Assembly (NCBI GenBank): GCA_002773395.1
Contig: PFBI01000006.1
Location: 156,657-220,656, forward strand
Reading direction: 5' to 3'
DNA: 64,000 nt
Origin: Candidatus Kaiserbacteria bacterium CG10_big_fil_rev_8_21_14_0_10_47_16
GTDB lineage: Bacteria; Patescibacteriota; Minisyncoccia; Phycocordibacterales; UBA918
Shown here: piece after piece, positions 62,440-64,000 of the stretch
Layout of the letters: each line of letters begins with the position of its first letter
How positions within the stretch are numbered: the first letter of the stretch is position 1
Notes under the pieces: generated by a model
The model's database searches: none
Told to the model about the DNA's origin: nothing
Seen by the model: only the letters and a program-made list of their open reading frames with translations
Position numbers and translations under genes: made by a program

Positions 62440-63438
62440 CTACGGATCAGTCCTGAAATCATCTACCGGGGCACACTCGAGCACATCGTCACCATCATCG
62501 TACTGAACGCAGAGCGTAAAGTAGTATCGTTCATTGTTGTCGAGACCATTAAGGGTCATCGTGTAGCTTCGACTTCCATCGAGACTGCTGTCGACACGCT
62601 CTTTCTGAAGATCATCTCCATCCTCGTCTAGATCGTTGTACGTATCATAATCTTGCGCAATATCTTCAACCTGACTTTGATCTTGTCCATACACGAAGAA
62701 GACGATGCCGTTATCAAAATCGTTCATATCCACACGTCCCCGCAATTCTGCTCGTCGATCAGTCACATTACGCGCAGACTCAATCGTTACATCTGGATCA
62801 TCGTTCCGACTACTTCCACTGCCGTCGGTTTGGAAGTTTCGTATAGCACCGTAATCGAGTCGTCCTGACTCATCTTCACCTATAGCGCGGAAGTAGTATC
62901 GCTCGTTGCGATCAAGATTTGTAATACGAACACTGTATGTGTCGTCGTTATCGTTATACCGAATATGTGACGTGGTTCGATTTAAATTATTTTGGTTTGT
63001 CCCCCACTCAAACCACGCGTATGCATATCGGTCTGAATTGAAATCAATACTCCCGCGAAGTCTCGCCTCATCACGATCAATATTCGTTGCCGAGAGTGTG
63101 GTAACGTCGATGTCCGAATACCCACTGTACGTAACTCCTGCCACTTGGCCGCAGAGCCCTGCACTGCAGAGTGACGCAAGCTGTGCCTGCAACTGCCGCA
63201 ATACGGCGAGAAGATACTCAACCTGCGATTGATTCGTATACTGATTCTGCGGTACATACTGATATTGGTAGTACGTTTGTACCGGCGTAGTGTATGGCGA
63301 TGTATACCCTGGCGTCGTGTAGTAATAGTAGTACGGCGTCTCTACCGCCGCATGAACGGGAACACTGCCAAAAAAGACTGCTGCGACAAGTGCTCCAACA
63401 ACGCTTATAACCACCTTTTGTACTGAGAGTGTATCCAT
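62440..63438 (-). CDS. Secreted or surface protein with two FN3-like repeats
   Basis: Signal peptide (VHA|A), Tyr-rich region, two repeats DVT..A.N.....A.LRG...LD.NERYYF. Start set at MDTL. Confidence 0.75.
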   Translation of the reverse strand: MDTLSVQKVVISVVGALVAAVFFGSVPVHAAVETPYYYYYTTPGYTSPYTTPVQTYYQYQYVPQNQYTNQSQVEYLLAVLRQLQAQLASLCSAGLCGQVAGVTYSGYSDIDVTTLSATNIDRDEARLRGSIDFNSDRYAYAWFEWGTNQNNLNRTTSHIRYNDNDDTYSVRITNLDRNERYYFRAIGEDESGRLDYGAIRNFQTDGSGSSRNDDPDVTIESARNVTDRRAELRGRVDMNDFDNGIVFFVYGQDQSQVEDIAQDYDTYNDLDEDGDDLQKERVDSSLDGSRSYTMTLNGLDNNERYYFTLCVQYDDGDDVLECAPVDDFRTDP

Positions 63439-63517
63439 ATATACATCATACCCCCGCATGAAGTGCGGGGGTATTGACATACACTGCTTTAAAAAGCCTG
63501 TTTTCTAAGCGGAGAGA

Positions 63518-64000
63518 CTATAGCGGCGCTACTGTTCGTTCAAAGCATGTCTCTCCTACACCGTGATCCCAGTTGTATGGATTGACGATACCGCCCTTTT
63601 CCATCATTGGTGATGCAATTGAACGAGACTGATCCGTAGATTCTGCGGCAAACGTTGCGCATAACTCAAACGTTGTATTACTCATACGTTCATAGGTGTA
63701 CGCAGCACGTCCCTCAGGCGCTACCGGCGCACTCACCTCGGTATACACCTCAGTAAGTGAGACTGGAAGAGCTGCGTTCACTCGGTAATAATCCTCTATA
63801 CGCCACTGTATCTCAGAAAGGTTCTGTACTTGCTGATCATCGATACGCGAGTCACGCACCTGTGATGGAGCATCGATCTGATAAAACCCAAGGACGATAG
63901 CAGCAATCGCAACAACTACTGATGCCGCACCGAACATCTTTGAAGCACTCTCGTGCGTATTCCAGTACCCTCGTACATCGAGTATGTAGTATTCAAGTGC
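63518..64000 (-). CDS. Membrane protein, 5' end truncated by the window edge
   Basis: TM, then PSQVRDSRIDDQQVQNL.EIQ..IEDYY..LP.SL, FELCATF; frame continues to the window edge. Confidence 0.7.
   Translation of the reverse strand, partial: ALEYYILDVRGYWNTHESASKMFGAASVVVAIAAIVLGFYQIDAPSQVRDSRIDDQQVQNLSEIQWRIEDYYRVNAALPVSLTEVYTEVSAPVAPEGRAAYTYERMSNTTFELCATFAAESTDQSRSIASPMMEKGGIVNPYNWDHGVGETCFERTVAPL

Overview
Bacterial chromosome segment with the hallmarks of a Patescibacteria (CPR, Parcubacteria-like) genome: compact housekeeping genes, a short IF-2, TrbC/VirB2-like pilin genes and mostly SD-less, leaderless-looking starts. The taxonomy is inferred from gene content. Genes include gatA/gatC, ligA, a cysteine desulfurase, infB, rbfA, trhO, gyrA, rpsA, pth, lepB, class I aldolase, prmC, pepF, ung, mnmA, mltG, gyrB, rpoD, dnaG, bcp, the F1Fo atpBEFHAGDC operon, clpB and leuS, plus six tRNAs (Leu-TAG, Lys-CTT, Leu-TAA, Cys-GCA, Phe-GAA, Gly-GCC). 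No CRISPR array, rRNA, integrase or transposase was seen. The unexplained signal is non-coding. (1) Five of the six tRNAs carry a 120-340 bp modular structured trailer. Modules are shared between loci with compensatory base changes, and three trailers hold both an antisense copy and a direct repeat of the host tRNA's 3' end; the same architecture follows rpoD. (2) Three tandem promoter-to-terminator units with no credible ORF lie upstream of rpsA. (3) A second dispersed repeat family with a CGTAC/GTACG core occurs in three copies. (4) A ~101 bp MITE-like insertion has rebuilt the start of an ABC permease. All calls are by eye; no database searches were run.
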